Source: the human T2T-CHM13v2.0 reference genome, Homo sapiens
NCBI RefSeq assembly: GCF_009914755.1
Contig: NC_060929.1
Reading direction: 5' to 3' (one strand)
Length of the DNA stretch: 64,000 nt
This document shows, piece by piece, positions 61,800 to 64,000 of the stretch. How positions within the stretch are numbered: position 1 is the first letter of the stretch; every line of letters begins with the position of its first letter. The position numbers and the translations under genes are program-made. The notes under the pieces are model-generated. The model saw only the letters and a program-made list of their open reading frames with translations. It made no database searches and had not been told where the DNA came from.

Positions 61800-62425
61800 T
61801 TAAAATTAAACATATACCTACCATATGATCCAGTCATTCCACTCAGATATTTACCTGCAAGAAAAAAAGAAAAAAGAAAATATGTTTATACAATGACCTG
61901 TACATAAATGTCCTTAGGCTCTTTATTTGTAATTGCCAAAAATAGAAACAACCCAAATGTCTATCAACAGGTGAATAAATCAACAAATTTTGGTATAGTC
62001 ACACAATGGAATACTACCTACAATGAAAAGGGATACACATATTTTGGTATATTCATTAAATGTAATAGAAAGGAATGAACTATTAATATATACAACAACA
62101 TAGGTGAATTTCAAAACTATTATGCTGAGGGAAATAAACCAGGCAAAAAGGAATAAATATGATTCCATTTTATAAAATTCTGGAAAATGCAAATTAATCT
62201 GTAGTGACAGATCAGTAGTTGCCTGGGAATGGAGGGTGGGGTGAGGAGGGGAGAGAGGGAGGGATTACAAAAGGACTCAAACTTTTAGGGGTGATGGCTA
62301 TGTTCACTGTCTTGATTATGGTGATCGTCTCATGGGTATATGAATATATCAAAATGTATGAAAACTATGTATTTTTAAATATATGCAGTTATTGTATATG
62401 TCAACCTACACAAAGTTGTTAAAAA
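61800..62425 (+). mobile_element. L1MD/MC-like 3' end
   Basis: taccatatgatccag...aacccaaatgtc...gattccatttt...ggggtgatggctatgttcactgtcttgatt. Confidence 0.85.
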
Positions 62426-64000
62426 TGAATCAGTGACATTCATGTGAACTTGTACAATCTGAGTGGCTTTCGAGTAGATATCTGGCCGAACTCGGGATCT
62501 GACTATAAGCAACCTCTCTACCCTCCATCCACTCCACTCCTCTGTAGAACAAACGAGAATAAATATAAGAATTTTATCAGAGCTAGAGTCTTTCATAAAA
62601 TTTTGATGGCAGGGCTAAAGCTTAAATTGATAACACCAGCTTTGAAAAAAAAAATCCCAAAGGGAATAGCCTAAAAGAGAAATATAATCCAAAAAATAAC
62701 TGTCATCCCTAACCTTTACATTTAGCATCTTTCAGCCTATTCACTACTTCCCTCTCTGGACCATAATTGCCAGCAATGGCATCAAGTTCTCCATTATGCC
62801 ATAGGGTCATTTTTTAAAAACTGCCTGGATCCTCTATTAAAATACTGGGTTGCCTCATGATTAAGTAGTTTTCACTTTTTATTCACAATAAAAGCTCAGA
62901 CTGGGCAGTTTATCACTGCTTATTCTACATCTAGGGAAAAATCATCCCCTATTTGGCAGCAAAAAAAGCTAGTAACTCATTTCAATGCTGCAACAGGCCT
63001 TGCCTGCTAGTGGGCACACCCTGGCTTCAGGAAGGCTTTGGATGTGTGAAGACCATACATTGCCATGACTCACTCAAATAAAATAATAAACCAGGCCATG
63101 CAAACTTAGAGAGAAACGTATAATTTTGCAGCCTATCTGCATCCGTTCAATTATGTCAGCATTCATGACCAATGTATTCAATTGAACATCATAATGACAT
63201 TTGCTGTTCCTGGTTTTGAGTTGATTTCCTTACAAAATTAGCATTTCATTTTTCCAATTTCAGAGCATATTGAGAACTGTTCGCTACTTAACTAAATCCA
63301 GAATTATGAATCCTTTTTCCTAATAAGGCAGCCCCTTGTGCCCCTTCCCAAATTCGATAATTCAGTTTTAAGAAAATAAATGCTTTTCAGCTTAGTGATG
63401 GGGCTCAGGCCTCATGAGCATTTGAGCGTTGCAACCTCACCTTTCACACAGGATGAATCTCTGGTGCCCTTATGCTCCTCAGCTCTTGCTGGATGGCCAA
63501 AGGAATAGTTGTGGTTAATAGTCACACAATAATCTTTGGCAAGTGATTATTGCCATTTAGAACCCCAAGTCTCAAGGGTGCATTTCTTCTCTTTTGTTTA
63601 TTGTTTCTCCTGGAGCTTTATCTCATAGTGTGTTGTGGTTATTATTACTTTTTAAAGCAATGGGAAGTTGCTATTACCTGCCTTTGATTGAATTTCCTTA
63701 GCTTGTTCTTTCTATTGCCACATTATTAAAGGCACCAGGAAACACTTTGTATTTATCCTCTCTTCAACGTCAGCTTCCCCTGGATCCTAGCTGCCCAGGT
63801 AAGTGAAATTTTCCAGTACCAATGTCCCCCAGTCTTCTCATTTTTTATTTCCCAGCTAATTGATCTGTCATCCTTCACTCTTCCTAAGTTATTTGCAATG
63901 TCTGGAACATTTTTGAAAAGTAAAACAACAAGGCCTAAAATGAACACTTAAGAGAAATTATAAATCGTCCTCTCCGCTTTACTGGAAAGGCAATATGGAA

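Overview
Primate (human-like) nuclear DNA: AT-rich, CpG-depleted and dominated by decayed transposable elements. I recognise no intact protein-coding gene, RNA gene, CpG island or CRISPR array; nearly all listed ORFs are L1 ORF1/ORF2 fragments, Alu-derived frames or chance frames. Main contents: a full-length but disrupted L1PB-type LINE (~9.5-16.1 kb); a 13-kb nested L1 stack containing a near-full-length L1MA4-like element (49.1-62.4 kb); a young L1PA 3' fragment; 17 Alu copies or fragments; solo LTRs (LTR9-like, MER11C-like, several MLT1); the 3' half of an Hsmar1 mariner with its TIR; three MER1B copies; and MIR, L2 and old L1 debris. Subfamily names come from recalled consensus sequences and need RepeatMasker/Dfam confirmation. 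I found no convincing new biological system. The most unusual signals are structural: a MER11 LTR with a clipped 3' end flanked by a 54-bp duplication instead of a ~6-bp TSD, three further 80-100 bp direct copies 1.2-2.1 kb from their source, a possible L1 3' transduction, and the SETMAR-like D-to-N change in the Hsmar1 copy. Candidate exons and enhancers in the unique islands are motif-level only.
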